Assembly: GCA_963702435.1 (NCBI GenBank)
Contig: CAVPCR010000001.1
Coordinates: forward strand, 320,001 to 384,000
DNA: 64,000 nucleotides
Source of the DNA: Candidatus Eiseniibacteriota bacterium
GTDB taxonomy: Bacteria; Eisenbacteria; RBG-16-71-46; CAVPCR01
Direction: 5' to 3'
Each line of letters begins with the position of its first letter. Positions within the stretch are counted from its first letter, which is position 1. Positions 9,317 through 19,572 of the stretch are shown piece by piece. The notes below the pieces were generated by a model. The model was not told where the DNA came from. It ran no database searches and was given only the letters and a program-made list of their open reading frames with translations. Made by a program: the position numbers and the translations under genes.

Positions 9317-11125
9317 ATGACCGCCTCCGTGCAGAGCGTTGTCAAAGAGGTCTGCCGGTCCTTCGACAACGACGCGAACCGGCTCATGGACGTGGCGCGC
9401 GAGGTCCAGACACAGTGCGGCTGCGTCTCCCCTGAAGCGATCGACGAGATTCACCGCGCACTCTCGGTGCCGCGCCTCACGGTGCAGAGCCTCGTCTCCT
9501 TCTACGCGTTCCTCTCCGAGAAACCAAAGGGACAGGTCGTCATCCGGCTCTGCGACGACGTCGTCGACCGGCTCTCCGGATACGACCGCGTGGCGCGCGC
9601 GTTCTCGGAGGAGCTCGGCATCCGGCTCGGGGAGACGACCCCCGACGGCGCGATCACGCTCGAACGCACCGCGTGCATCGGGATGAGCGACCAGGCGCCG
9701 GCCGCGCTCGTGAACGACGTCGTGCTGACCGAGATGTCGAGCGACAAGGCGCGCGAGGTCGTCGCCGAGCTCCGCGCGCACATGACCCCGGAGCGCCTGG
9801 TCAAGAAGCTCGGCGACGGCAACAACGCCCACTTCCTCGTTCGCTCGATGGTGAAGAACCACATCCGCAAGGCGGGCCCCATCGTCCTCACCGAGCCGGT
9901 CCGCGGCGAGGCGATCCACAAGGCGGCGGCGATGAGCCCCAAGGAGGTGATCAACGCCGTCAAGACGGCCCGCCTCCGCGGCCGCGGCGGCGCCGGCTTC
10001 CCGACCGGGATGAAACTGGAGTTCGCGCGCGGCGCGCCGGCCGATCGCAAGTTCGTCGTCTGCAACGCGGACGAGGGCGAGCCTGGCACCTTCAAGGATC
10101 GGGTCCTCTTGACCGAGCTCCCGGATCGCGTCTTCGCCGGCATGACGATCGCGGGTTACGCCATCGGCGCCAGGGAAGGGATCCTCTACCTCCGCGGCGA
10201 GTACGAGTACCTGAGGGTGTTTCTCGAGGACGTGCTGGCACGACGGCGCGCCGACGGATTGCTCGGGAAGAGCATCGCGGCGCGGCACTCGTTCGACTTC
10301 GACATCCGCATCCAGATGGGAGCCGGGGCCTATGTCTGCGGGGAGGAGACGGCGCTCCTCAACTCATGCGAGGGCTTGCGCGGCGACCCCCGCAACCGGC
10401 CGCCGTTCCCGGCCCAGCGCGGCTACCTCGGCTTCCCGACGGTCGTCAACAACGTCGAGACGCTCGCCTGCGTGACCCGCATCCTCGAGGCCGGTCCCGC
10501 CACCTTCTCCGACTACGGCACGGTGCAGAGCTCAGGCACCAAGCTGCTCAGCATCTCCGGGGACGTGCGCCAGGCGGGGGTCTACGAGGTGCCGTTCGGG
10601 GTGACGGTGCGCGAGGTGCTCGACATGGCAAGCGCCGGCGATCCGATCGCGGTCCAGATGGGCGGGCCGAGCGGCCGCATGATCGGCCCGGCGGACTTCG
10701 ACCGCAAGATCTGCTTCGACGACCTGGCCACGGGCGGGGCCTTTGTGGTGTTCGGCCCCGGCCGGAACCCGATCGAGATCGCCCGCATGTACATGGAGTT
10801 CTTCGCGGACGAGAGCTGTGGCTACTGCACGCCCTGCCGGGTGGGCAATGTGCTGCTGCGCCGCGGTCTCGAGCGGGTCCTCGCCGGTCGCGGCGAGCCG
10901 AGCGATCTCGTCCAGTTCGAGGAGATCGCCCGCACCATGAAGGCCGCCAGCCGCTGCGGCCTCGGGCAGACTTCTTTCAACCCGGTCCTGACCTCGCTCG
11001 CGAACTTCCGGCCGCTCTACGACGCGCTGGTCCAGGAGCATCCGCAGAAGTTCCGCCGGTCGTTCGACCTCGGGGTCGCGACCGCCGAGGCGACGCGGAT
11101 CCGCGCGGGAGACGGCAATGGGTGA
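9317..11125 (+). CDS. hoxF: NAD-reducing hydrogenase diaphorase large subunit (NuoE-NuoF-like fusion)
   Basis: LRGRGGAGFPTG, CNADEGEPGTFKDR, GAGAYVCGEETAL, ESCGYCTPCRVG; N-terminal NuoE-like part. Confidence 0.93.
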   Translation: MTASVQSVVKEVCRSFDNDANRLMDVAREVQTQCGCVSPEAIDEIHRALSVPRLTVQSLVSFYAFLSEKPKGQVVIRLCDDVVDRLSGYDRVARAFSEELGIRLGETTPDGAITLERTACIGMSDQAPAALVNDVVLTEMSSDKAREVVAELRAHMTPERLVKKLGDGNNAHFLVRSMVKNHIRKAGPIVLTEPVRGEAIHKAAAMSPKEVINAVKTARLRGRGGAGFPTGMKLEFARGAPADRKFVVCNADEGEPGTFKDRVLLTELPDRVFAGMTIAGYAIGAREGILYLRGEYEYLRVFLEDVLARRRADGLLGKSIAARHSFDFDIRIQMGAGAYVCGEETALLNSCEGLRGDPRNRPPFPAQRGYLGFPTVVNNVETLACVTRILEAGPATFSDYGTVQSSGTKLLSISGDVRQAGVYEVPFGVTVREVLDMASAGDPIAVQMGGPSGRMIGPADFDRKICFDDLATGGAFVVFGPGRNPIEIARMYMEFFADESCGYCTPCRVGNVLLRRGLERVLAGRGEPSDLVQFEEIARTMKAASRCGLGQTSFNPVLTSLANFRPLYDALVQEHPQKFRRSFDLGVATAEATRIRAGDGNG

Positions 11126-11831
11126 TGGACTGAGCTTCATTCTGGACGGCAAGGAGATCGCGGCGGAGCCGGGCGAGACGATCATCCAGGCGGCGGACCG
11201 GGCCGGCGCGTACATTCCCCGACTCTGTCACCTGCCGGGTCTCGAACCGTTCGGGGGCTGCCGCGTGTGCACGGTCAAGGCCAACGGCCGCCTGGTCGCC
11301 GCCTGCACGTCCCCGGTCAGCCCGGGCATGGTCGTCGAGAACGACACCGCGGAGCTGAACGCCCACCGCAAGGTGCTCCTCGAGATGCTGTTCGTCGAGG
11401 GCAACCACTTCTGCATGTCGTGCGAGAAGAGCGGCAACTGCGAGCTCCAGGCCCTGGGGTACCGCTTCGCGATCTCCGCCCCGCGTTTCGAGTTCCAGTT
11501 CCCGATCCGGGACGTCGACGCCTCCCACCCGGACATCTGGATCGACCACAACCGGTGCATTCTCTGCGCGCGCTGCGTGCGCACGTCGCGGGATCTGGAC
11601 AAGAAGGGCGTCTTCGGCTTCGTCGGGCGCGGATCGCACAAGAAGATCGCGGTCAGCTCCGGGGCGCGGCTCCGGGACACCGACGCCGACGTCACCGATC
11701 AGGCCATCGCCGCCTGCCCGGTGGGAGCGCTGCTCGAGAAGCGGGTGGGGTTCGCGGTCCCCGTGGGGCAGCGGCTCTACGACAGGACGCCGATCGGCAC
11801 CGCCGTCGCGGATGAGGAGAAGCCACGATGA
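11118..11831 (+). CDS. hoxU: Diaphorase small Fe-S subunit
   Basis: IPRLC...GGCRVC, HFCMSCEKSGNCELQ, NRCILCARCVR, ACPVGAL. Confidence 0.93.
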   Translation: MGDGLSFILDGKEIAAEPGETIIQAADRAGAYIPRLCHLPGLEPFGGCRVCTVKANGRLVAACTSPVSPGMVVENDTAELNAHRKVLLEMLFVEGNHFCMSCEKSGNCELQALGYRFAISAPRFEFQFPIRDVDASHPDIWIDHNRCILCARCVRTSRDLDKKGVFGFVGRGSHKKIAVSSGARLRDTDADVTDQAIAACPVGALLEKRVGFAVPVGQRLYDRTPIGTAVADEEKPR

Positions 11832-12373
11832 CCAAGCCCAGGATCGCCACGACGTCGCTCTGCGGCTGCTTCGGCTGTCACATGTCGCTCCTCGACATCG
11901 ACGAGCGGATCCTCCAGCTCGCCGAGATCGTCGAGTTCGACAGGTCGCCGATCAACGACTTCAAGGACTTCACCGCACGCTGCGCGGTCGGACTGATCGA
12001 GGGCGGTTGCGCCAACGAGGAGAACGTCCACGTGCTGCGCCGCTTCCGCGAGCAATGTGATGTTCTCGTCTCGGTCGGGGACTGCGCCACGACCGGTGGC
12101 ATCCCCGCGCTCCGGAACATGGTCCCCCTCGAGGAGTGTCTCGAGGAGGCCTACTTGCGCGGGCCGTCCGTGCACAATCCGAGCGGGCTCATCCCGAACG
12201 ACCCGGAGATCCCGCTCCTCCTCGACAAGGTCTATCCGGCCCACGAGGTGGTCAAGATCGACTATCACCTGCCGGGGTGTCCGCCCAGCGCGGATACCCT
12301 GTGGAAGGCACTCACGGCGCTGCTCGGCGGAAAGGCCGTCGAACTTCCGTACGAGCTCATCAAGTACGACTGA
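11828..12373 (+). CDS. hoxY: [NiFe]-hydrogenase small subunit
   Basis: GCFGCHMS, VGDCA, LPGCPP; short single-cluster form. Confidence 0.93.
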   Translation: MTKPRIATTSLCGCFGCHMSLLDIDERILQLAEIVEFDRSPINDFKDFTARCAVGLIEGGCANEENVHVLRRFREQCDVLVSVGDCATTGGIPALRNMVPLEECLEEAYLRGPSVHNPSGLIPNDPEIPLLLDKVYPAHEVVKIDYHLPGCPPSADTLWKALTALLGGKAVELPYELIKYD

Positions 12374-12381
12374 GGTCTCGG

Positions 12382-13821
12382 ATGACAGCGAACAACGGTA
12401 CACGGGTCGTCATCGAGCCGCTCACCCGCGTCGAGGGTCACGGCAAGGTCACCATCCTGCTCGATGACGCCGGTCACGTCACGCAGGCGCGGCTGCACAT
12501 CGTCGAGTTCCGCGGGTTCGAGCGCTTCATCCAGGGGCGTCCCTACTGGGAGATGCCGGTCGCGGTGCAACGTCTCTGCGGCATCTGTCCGGTGAGCCAT
12601 CACCTGTGCGCGGCCAAGGCGGTCGACCGCCTCGTGGGCGGTGAGAAGCTCACCCCCACCGCCGAGAAGATGCGCCGGCTGATGCACTACGGGCAGATGC
12701 TGCAATCCCACGCCCTGCACTTCTTCCACCTGGCGTCCCCTGACCTCCTCTTCGGTTTCGGCTCCGACCCCGCCGCGCGCAATGTCCTCGGCGTCGCCGC
12801 CAAGCACCCCGAGCTGGCGCGCCAGGGCATCCTGATGCGCAAGTACGGCCAGGAGATCATCCAGGCGACTGCGGGGAAGAAGATCCACGGCACGGGCGCG
12901 ATCCCCGGCGGCATCAACAAGAACCTGAGCATCGCGGAGCGGGACGCGCTCCTCGGCGGCCTCGCGCCGATGCCGGAGTGGGCGCGAACCGCGGTCAAGC
13001 TCGCGCGCGACTACACGCTCGCGCACCGGAAAGAGCTCGGCGAGTTCGGCGCCTTCCGCTCGAATCACCTGTCGATCGTGCGCCAGGACGGGGCGATGGA
13101 CCTCTACGACGGCGGCCTGCGCGCGGTGGACCCCGACGGCAAGATCATCTTCGACCACGTCGATCCGCAGCGCTACCTCGACTACCTCTCCGAGGAGGTG
13201 CGGCCGTGGTCCTACATGAAGTTCCCGTTCATTCGCTCGCTCGGCCCGGAGAACGGCTGGTACCGGGTGGGTCCGCTCGCGCGGGTGAGCGCCTGCGATT
13301 TCATCGACACGCCGGCGGCCGAGGCCGAGCGGAAGGACTTCAAGGCGCTCGCCGGCGGCAAGCCGAGCACCCTCACCATGGCCTACCACTGGGCCCGGAT
13401 GATCGAGCTCCTGCACTCGGTCGAGAAGATCGAGGAACTGCTCCACGATCCGGACCTCCAGGGCCAGGACCTGGTGGTGACCGGGACGCGCCGGCGGGAA
13501 GGAGTGGCGGCGATCGAGGCGCCCCGCGGAACGCTCTTCCATCACTATCGCGTGGACGAGAACGACCAGGTGGCCATGGCCAACCTCATCGTCTCGACCA
13601 CCAGCAACAACGAACCGATGAATCGGGCCGTGGAGAGCGTGGCGCGGCAGTTCCTGGACGGGAAGAAGATCACCGAGGGGCTCCTGAACCACGTCGAGGT
13701 GGCGATCCGGGCCTACGATCCCTGCCTCTCCTGCGCCACGCACGCGCTCGGGCAGATGCCGCTGGTCCTCGAGCTGCGCGACGCCGCCGGCAGGATGATC
13801 GACCGGAGAATGAAGGATTGA
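12382..13821 (+). CDS. hoxH: [NiFe]-hydrogenase large subunit, group 3d
   Basis: RVEGHGK, L1 motif RLCGICPVSH, L2 motif DPCLSCATH, followed by a cleavable C-terminal tail. Confidence 0.95.
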   Translation: MTANNGTRVVIEPLTRVEGHGKVTILLDDAGHVTQARLHIVEFRGFERFIQGRPYWEMPVAVQRLCGICPVSHHLCAAKAVDRLVGGEKLTPTAEKMRRLMHYGQMLQSHALHFFHLASPDLLFGFGSDPAARNVLGVAAKHPELARQGILMRKYGQEIIQATAGKKIHGTGAIPGGINKNLSIAERDALLGGLAPMPEWARTAVKLARDYTLAHRKELGEFGAFRSNHLSIVRQDGAMDLYDGGLRAVDPDGKIIFDHVDPQRYLDYLSEEVRPWSYMKFPFIRSLGPENGWYRVGPLARVSACDFIDTPAAEAERKDFKALAGGKPSTLTMAYHWARMIELLHSVEKIEELLHDPDLQGQDLVVTGTRRREGVAAIEAPRGTLFHHYRVDENDQVAMANLIVSTTSNNEPMNRAVESVARQFLDGKKITEGLLNHVEVAIRAYDPCLSCATHALGQMPLVLELRDAAGRMIDRRMKD

Positions 13822-14306
13822 CGACCCGCGTGCTGGTTTACGGTTACGGCAATCCGGGCCGGCGCGACGACGGCCTCGGGCCGGCGCTGGTTCGCGACCT
13901 TTCTGCGGGGGGGCTGGGGGTCTCCGTCACGCTGGAGACCGGCTACCAGCTGCAGATCGAGGATGCCGCGCTCGTCGCCGAGCACGACGTGGTCGTGTTC
14001 GCCGACGCGGATCGCGCGGGCCGGGAACCCTTCGCGCTCTGCCGGATCGAGCCGCGGCACGCCGCCGCGTTCACGACGCATGCGGTCGCTCCCGAGGCGG
14101 TCCTTGCGCTGGCCCACGAGCACTTCGGCGGCCGGACCACGGGGTTCGTCCTCGGGATCCGTGGCTACGATTTCGAGGACTTCGGCGAGGCATTGTCGCC
14201 GGACGCGCGGCGCAATCTCGCCGCCGCGGTCGACTACATGGATCGCGCCTTGCGGGACGGCACGTTCGCCGGTGAAGCAGCCGTCACCGCCGACCAGGAG
14301 AGGTGA
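13818..14306 (+). CDS. hoxW: Hydrogenase maturation protease
   Basis: VLVYGYGNPGRRDDGLG, VVFADA, FTTH; TTG start overlaps the hoxH stop. Confidence 0.9.
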   Translation: MTTRVLVYGYGNPGRRDDGLGPALVRDLSAGGLGVSVTLETGYQLQIEDAALVAEHDVVVFADADRAGREPFALCRIEPRHAAAFTTHAVAPEAVLALAHEHFGGRTTGFVLGIRGYDFEDFGEALSPDARRNLAAAVDYMDRALRDGTFAGEAAVTADQER

Positions 14307-14311
14307 TTGCG

Positions 14312-14689
14312 ATGTCCGAGGGCAAGCCGGTCATCATGTACGTGGACGATGACCCCGACTACCGTGAGGTCGTGCGCACCCTGCTCGAGAACAACGGCTA
14401 CGAGGTGACGGAGGCGGCGAGCGGCGAGGAGGGGATCGAGCTGTTCAAGAAGAAGCGGCCCGATCTGGTGATCGTCGACCTCATGATGGAGGAAGTCGAC
14501 AGCGGCACGAGTTTCGTCAAGGAGCTCCGGCTCCTGGGGAACACCGCACCGATCTTCATGCTGAGCTCCGTCGGCGAGAACCTGAGTCTCGCCGCGGACC
14601 CCCTGGCCCTGGGGCTCGCCGGCGTGTTCCAGAAGCCGATCGACAGCGCCACCCTGCTCGGAGTCCTGAAGGCCCGATTGGGCCGCTAG
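14312..14689 (+). CDS. Single-domain response regulator
   Basis: VDDD, PDLVIVDLMM, QKP receiver motifs. Confidence 0.92.
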   Translation: MSEGKPVIMYVDDDPDYREVVRTLLENNGYEVTEAASGEEGIELFKKKRPDLVIVDLMMEEVDSGTSFVKELRLLGNTAPIFMLSSVGENLSLAADPLALGLAGVFQKPIDSATLLGVLKARLGR

Positions 14690-14772
14690 CGGCGGACCGG
14701 CGCGTTCCATCCGCCGTTCCGTCCGCCGCCCGTTGCCGGGCGCGGCGGGAGCGGCGGGAGCGGCCCACACGC

Positions 14773-16167
14773 TCACTCGTGCAGCGCGGGAAGCTCCACG
14801 AAGAAGGTGCTGCCCTTCCCGACCTCGCTCTCGACCCCGGTCCGACCGCCGTGGGCGAGGATGATGCGCCGCACGATCGAGAGTCCCAGGCCGCTGCCCT
14901 TCGCCTTGGCCGCACCGCCGCCCTGCCCCGGGATCCGCACGAACTCCTGGAAGAGCCGCGCCTGATCCTCCTTGGCGATCCCGATCCCGTTGTCGTTCAC
15001 CTCGACCCGCACCACCGGCGGCTGGGAGAGGAGGCGGACCACGATCTCGCCGCCGTCCGGCGTGTAATTGATCGCGTTCGTGATGTAGTTGACGATCGCT
15101 TCCTGCAGCAGGCGCGCGTGGCCGACCACGGGCGGCACCGCCCCGGGAATCTCCAGCCGGAGCGTGTGCCCGTGCGCCTCGGCGACGTCGGTGTAGTCCT
15201 CGACCAGGCGGGTGACGATCGGGGCCAGGTCGACGCTGGTGAACTCGGTGTTGATGATGTTGGATTCCAGCAGCGACAGGGTCTGGATGTTGATCATGAA
15301 CTCGGTGAGATCCCCGAGCCGTTTCAGGCTCCGGTCGAGCCAGTCGCGCTGCTTCTCGGTGATCGCGCCCGCCGCGCCTTCCCGCATGTTCTCGAGCAGC
15401 ATGCTCACGGCGCCGACCGGCGCCCTGAGGTTGTGAGCCGCGATGTGGAGGAAGTCCTTCCGCTGCTGGGACAGGCGGCGCAGCTCGTCGTTGGCGAGGA
15501 GGATCCGGCGCTCCACGCTGCGCAGGGAACGGGTCAACCCGAGCAGCAGGAACACGCTGAGCGCGAAGAGCATCCCGTAGACGATGACGAGCGTGAGCGC
15601 GTAGATCCCGGTGAGGGGCCCCTCCCCCGCCGCGGCCCCGACGCGCAGCGGCGGCGTCGCGAGCCCCGACCACTCGACGCCGACGAGGAGCACGAACAGG
15701 GAATAGGCGAGCGCCGAGAGCGCGATGGCCGCCCGGCGTGAGAGCAGGATGCAGCTCACCATCATGTGCAGCAGGTAGAAGGCGGTGAACGGGGAGCGGC
15801 CGCCCCCGACGAGCCATACGGCTGCGGTGAGCGACAGGAAGTCGAGGATCACCGCGCCGTAGGTGACGGCCAGGAGACCGGTCGATACCGACACGTCGGG
15901 GTCCCGGTACCGGCGAAAGAAGAACCACGCCGCGCAGTTGTAGAGAGCGATGAAGCCGGCGAGGCAGGTGAACCCCACGACGTCGAACCGCTGCATGCCG
16001 AGCGCGTAGCGCGCGAAGATGGCGGCGACGACGATGGCCATGGCCACCCGGGTGCGCACCCGGGTGTAGATGTAGAAGCTCTGACCGATCAGCGCGCTGT
16101 GATCCGGGAAACCGGAGGTCGCTAAATCAGCCGCACTCTCCCCGGAGCGATCGGGATGCTTCTTCAT
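14773..16167 (-). CDS. Membrane sensor histidine kinase
   Basis: Several TM helices; H box AHNLRAP, NYITNAINY, DNGIGI, GSGLGL, GKGSTF. Confidence 0.93.
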   Translation of the reverse strand: MKKHPDRSGESAADLATSGFPDHSALIGQSFYIYTRVRTRVAMAIVVAAIFARYALGMQRFDVVGFTCLAGFIALYNCAAWFFFRRYRDPDVSVSTGLLAVTYGAVILDFLSLTAAVWLVGGGRSPFTAFYLLHMMVSCILLSRRAAIALSALAYSLFVLLVGVEWSGLATPPLRVGAAAGEGPLTGIYALTLVIVYGMLFALSVFLLLGLTRSLRSVERRILLANDELRRLSQQRKDFLHIAAHNLRAPVGAVSMLLENMREGAAGAITEKQRDWLDRSLKRLGDLTEFMINIQTLSLLESNIINTEFTSVDLAPIVTRLVEDYTDVAEAHGHTLRLEIPGAVPPVVGHARLLQEAIVNYITNAINYTPDGGEIVVRLLSQPPVVRVEVNDNGIGIAKEDQARLFQEFVRIPGQGGGAAKAKGSGLGLSIVRRIILAHGGRTGVESEVGKGSTFFVELPALHE

Positions 16168-16255
16168 TTCGCGGCAAGAATACCAGTGAGGCCGATCGAG
16201 GGAAAGGCCGCCCGCGCCGCGGCCACTGCCCGCCGCCCCCTGACTCCCTCGCTCC

Positions 16256-17065
16256 CTACTCCTTCACCGCCTCGAAGCGGGCCAGCGGCGCCATCCTCGC
16301 CTTGTTGAGCGACAGCTTCTGCTCGTCCACGTAGCAGCTGTCGACCTCACCGAGGACCTTGAGGAACTCGGTCTCGACGGTCATGTCGAGACACGCCATC
16401 ATCGTGGCTGCGATCTTCGAGAAGCTCAGGCGACTCCCTTCCTTGTACTCGTACGCCCCGCCGAAGCTGTTGCAGCCGGCGAACCCGTGCATGGTCCCGT
16501 CCTTCTCGAAGATCAATGACGGAGCGGGCGGCCCGTCCGCCGGCTTCGGGACCGGCCGGCCCATGAGCTCGACGAGCCGCCAGGACGGGGCGAAGAGCGC
16601 CGCCGGCGCCGGAGAGGCCGCGGGCACCGCCGCGCCGCTCCCCTTGGCGAGCACGTACTTCGGCGCCAGGTCGCCCGTGATCCGGTTCCCCGCCTTGTCG
16701 AGCTGGATCAGGGCGTTCTCGCCGACCAGGTAGCGATCGGGGCCGTCGGCGAGGCCCGAGAGCTGGATCTTGTTCCCTTCCTCGTTCCAGCTGAAGGTCC
16801 CCTGCCGCTCGAACGCTTTCGCATCCTCGCCCAGGTACCTGGTCTTCATGACGTAGGTCCTGTCCTGATTCAGCGTGATCGAGGTCTCGATGCCCTCGCA
16901 ATCGGCACAGGGCACCACGCCGGAATAGGTTCCAGCCCAGTCGAGCGATGTCATGCTGTTGTCCGCCATCGGCGCCGCCTCTTCCGAGGTTCCGCTCTTC
17001 CCGGCGCACCCGCCCGCGATGATGCAGAGCGCCGCGATCGCGGCGCCGGCAGTCCACGATCTCAT
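16256..17065 (-). CDS. Lipoprotein with NlpE/CutF N-terminal and META domains
   Basis: AGGC lipobox; SLDWAGTYSGVVPCADCEGI; GFAGCNSFGGAY...TMMAC. Confidence 0.9.
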   Translation of the reverse strand: MRSWTAGAAIAALCIIAGGCAGKSGTSEEAAPMADNSMTSLDWAGTYSGVVPCADCEGIETSITLNQDRTYVMKTRYLGEDAKAFERQGTFSWNEEGNKIQLSGLADGPDRYLVGENALIQLDKAGNRITGDLAPKYVLAKGSGAAVPAASPAPAALFAPSWRLVELMGRPVPKPADGPPAPSLIFEKDGTMHGFAGCNSFGGAYEYKEGSRLSFSKIAATMMACLDMTVETEFLKVLGEVDSCYVDEQKLSLNKARMAPLARFEAVKE

Positions 17066-17129
17066 GTCCTTGCACCTCTCCTTCGGTCGTGATCGCAAGC
17101 CGGCTCGCGGCTCCAGGCCGGGCAGGCTA

Positions 17130-19400
17130 TCACGGCGGCGCGCGGCGCGGTGACGAGTAGATGGGCTCGCCGCGCGCATAGGCCGCGATCTGCATCTCGT
17201 TCCGCTCGAGCACGGTCCGATCCCCGGCGGCGCGCGCGGCGTCGCGCGCCCTCTGCGCGGTCGCCGTCGCCTCGGCGAACGACCCGACCTCGGCCTGCGC
17301 CGCGGCCAGGACCGAGAGCGCCATCGCGTTCCGCGGCCCGAGCTCCCGCGCGAGCGCGCTGCCGAGCGCGAGGGCCTCCTCGCCGTTCCGATCGCGCGCC
17401 TCGGCCGCGGTGGCGAGGATCCAGACGAGCTGCAGGCGGAACGGGGCCTTCTCCGCCGCGTCCCGCGCGGCGGTGCGCAGCGCCGCGATGAGCTCGGCGG
17501 TCGTCCCCCAGGTGGAGAGCGCCTGGACGCGCGCGGCGTGCACGGCCGGATCGGCGGGATTCACCGCCACCGCCCGCGCGTAGCTCGCGCGCGCCGCATC
17601 GTACTTCCCCTGCGCGGCCTGCACGTCGCCGAGCATGGCGAGGACGCTCGCGTCGTCGATGCGGCGCCGGACATCCCAGTCCACGCGCCCCTGGTCGGGA
17701 TCGAAATCGAGCTCGACCAGGGCGCCGAGCACCGCCTCCGCCTCCCCCGGCCGGCCGAGGCGCCACAGGGCCTTGCCCTTGTTGAGGAGCGCCGGCGCGT
17801 AGTCCGGCTTCGCGCGCAGGCACTCCTCGGCGCGGCGGAGCGCCTCCGCGTGGCGTCCGGCGCGCAGATCGAGCGCCGCCAGGTTGTTCGACGCGAGGAG
17901 CGATCCCTCGCTCGGCGGCGGCACGAGCTGGATGACGCGCTCGAAATGCGCCGCCGCGTCCGCATGCTCGCCGCGCTTGTTGAGCTCCACCCCGTGGTTG
18001 AGCTGCGCGAGCCAGTTGCCCGGGCTCTTGGTGCAGGCGTCCGCCCACAGGATCTCGACATCGTGGAAGATCCGCGCGTGCCGGGAGGACAAGACCGCGA
18101 GGACGGCGAGGACGAGCGCCGCAGCCGCGGCGGCCGCCCGGGTCCGCGCCCGGCCGCGCTCCGCGCCGACCGCACCGAGAAGGCGGGCTCCCCCGCCCAC
18201 CGCGAGGATCAGGATGCCGATCGTGGCCAGGTAGGTGAAGTGATCGGACACCGGCGTGTAGCGCATGTAGGCGACGCGCACGAAGCCGAGCGCGGGGAAG
18301 ATGGTGGCGGCGTAGAAGAGGGCGGCGGCCAGGGTGCCGCGACCGATCCGACCGCGCCGGTAGCGGACGGCGAGGACTATCGCGAGCGCCGCCACGGACA
18401 GGGGAAAGAGCCATGGCCAGACCGCCGCCGCCGAGATCCGCCACGGCTCGTAGGTGAAGGAGAGATCCGCCGGCCAGAGGATCTTGGCCGGATAGAACCA
18501 GAAGGCGCGCCCGGCGACGAGGAGCCGCTCGGGGAACGTCCAGCCCCCGGCGTCCGCCCCGACGCGCGCCACGTGACGGTACTCGTGGGTCCGCGTCACC
18601 ATGCCCATCACGAAACCCATCACGAGCATGAGGCCGAGCGGGACGAGACGCGAGCGGGTGAGCGGACGGCGCTGGTACCAGAGGATGAGTCCGAGCGCGA
18701 TCGGCAACGAGGCGGTGATCGTCTTCGTGAACAGGGCAAGGGCGAACAGGAGAAGGCTCGAGACGCAGTCGAGCAGCCGGGACGTCCGGTCGAAGCGGAG
18801 GAAGGCGAGCGCAGAGAGGAGGTAGAAGAACGCGGAGAGCACGTTCTTCCGCTCGGTGATCCAGGCCACCGACTCGACGTGGATCGGATGCACGGCGAAG
18901 AGCGCGGCGACGAGCCAGGCGCCCGGCACGCCGATCCGGGCGAGGAGAAGGAAGAGCAGGATCGAGTTGGCGGCGTGCAGCACCACATTGGTGATGTGGA
19001 ATCCGCGCGCGTGGTCGATGCCCCAGATCGCCTTCTCGACGAGAAACGACGTGTAGAGCATCGGGTAGTACTGCTGGTTCACGCCGCTTCCGGGATCCCA
19101 GATCCGGGCGAGGCCGCCGCTCTCGACGATCAGCGGATTGAGCGTCAGGTAGTCGTCGTCATCCCAGATGAAACCGGCGTTGTAGACGGGGATGTAGACG
19201 ATGGCGACGGCGGCGGCGAGGAGGAGGATGCCGAGGAGGCCGCGCGCAGTCGGCCGGCCGGCCGGCGCCGGTGCACCGCGGCGGGCTGCGGCCGTCGCCG
19301 GTGCACCGCGGCGGGCTGCGGCCGGCGCCGGTGCACCGCGGCGGGCTGCGGCCGTCGCCGGCGAATGCGGTTCCTTGTCCTTCTCGCTCTTCCTGGCCAC
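17130..19400 (-). CDS. TMTC-like membrane glycosyltransferase with C-terminal TPRs
   Basis: FIWDDD, LFAVHPIHVESVAWITERK, TM core, TPR repeats. Confidence 0.85.
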   Translation of the reverse strand: MARKSEKDKEPHSPATAAARRGAPAPAAARRGAPATAAARRGAPAPAGRPTARGLLGILLLAAAVAIVYIPVYNAGFIWDDDDYLTLNPLIVESGGLARIWDPGSGVNQQYYPMLYTSFLVEKAIWGIDHARGFHITNVVLHAANSILLFLLLARIGVPGAWLVAALFAVHPIHVESVAWITERKNVLSAFFYLLSALAFLRFDRTSRLLDCVSSLLLFALALFTKTITASLPIALGLILWYQRRPLTRSRLVPLGLMLVMGFVMGMVTRTHEYRHVARVGADAGGWTFPERLLVAGRAFWFYPAKILWPADLSFTYEPWRISAAAVWPWLFPLSVAALAIVLAVRYRRGRIGRGTLAAALFYAATIFPALGFVRVAYMRYTPVSDHFTYLATIGILILAVGGGARLLGAVGAERGRARTRAAAAAAALVLAVLAVLSSRHARIFHDVEILWADACTKSPGNWLAQLNHGVELNKRGEHADAAAHFERVIQLVPPPSEGSLLASNNLAALDLRAGRHAEALRRAEECLRAKPDYAPALLNKGKALWRLGRPGEAEAVLGALVELDFDPDQGRVDWDVRRRIDDASVLAMLGDVQAAQGKYDAARASYARAVAVNPADPAVHAARVQALSTWGTTAELIAALRTAARDAAEKAPFRLQLVWILATAAEARDRNGEEALALGSALARELGPRNAMALSVLAAAQAEVGSFAEATATAQRARDAARAAGDRTVLERNEMQIAAYARGEPIYSSPRRAPP
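19257..19361. repeat. 30-bp in-frame tandem repeat, 3 copies
   Basis: GGCCG(G/T)CGCCGGTGCACCGCGGCGGGCTGC x3, encoding AAARRGAPA(P/T). Confidence 0.9.
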
Positions 19401-19572
19401 GGACGACGCGCCTCCCGAACATGCGGACCTCGACGCACCGGGAGTCTATCAGGTCCGCCGATGCGGGGCTCCGCGACGCACCGGGATTCGCTCCACCCGG
19501 CATGGTTGATGCCCGAGCCGGCATCAATTGATGCCCGAGATCATCCGAAGTGCCTGGATCAGGAGGTACGCC

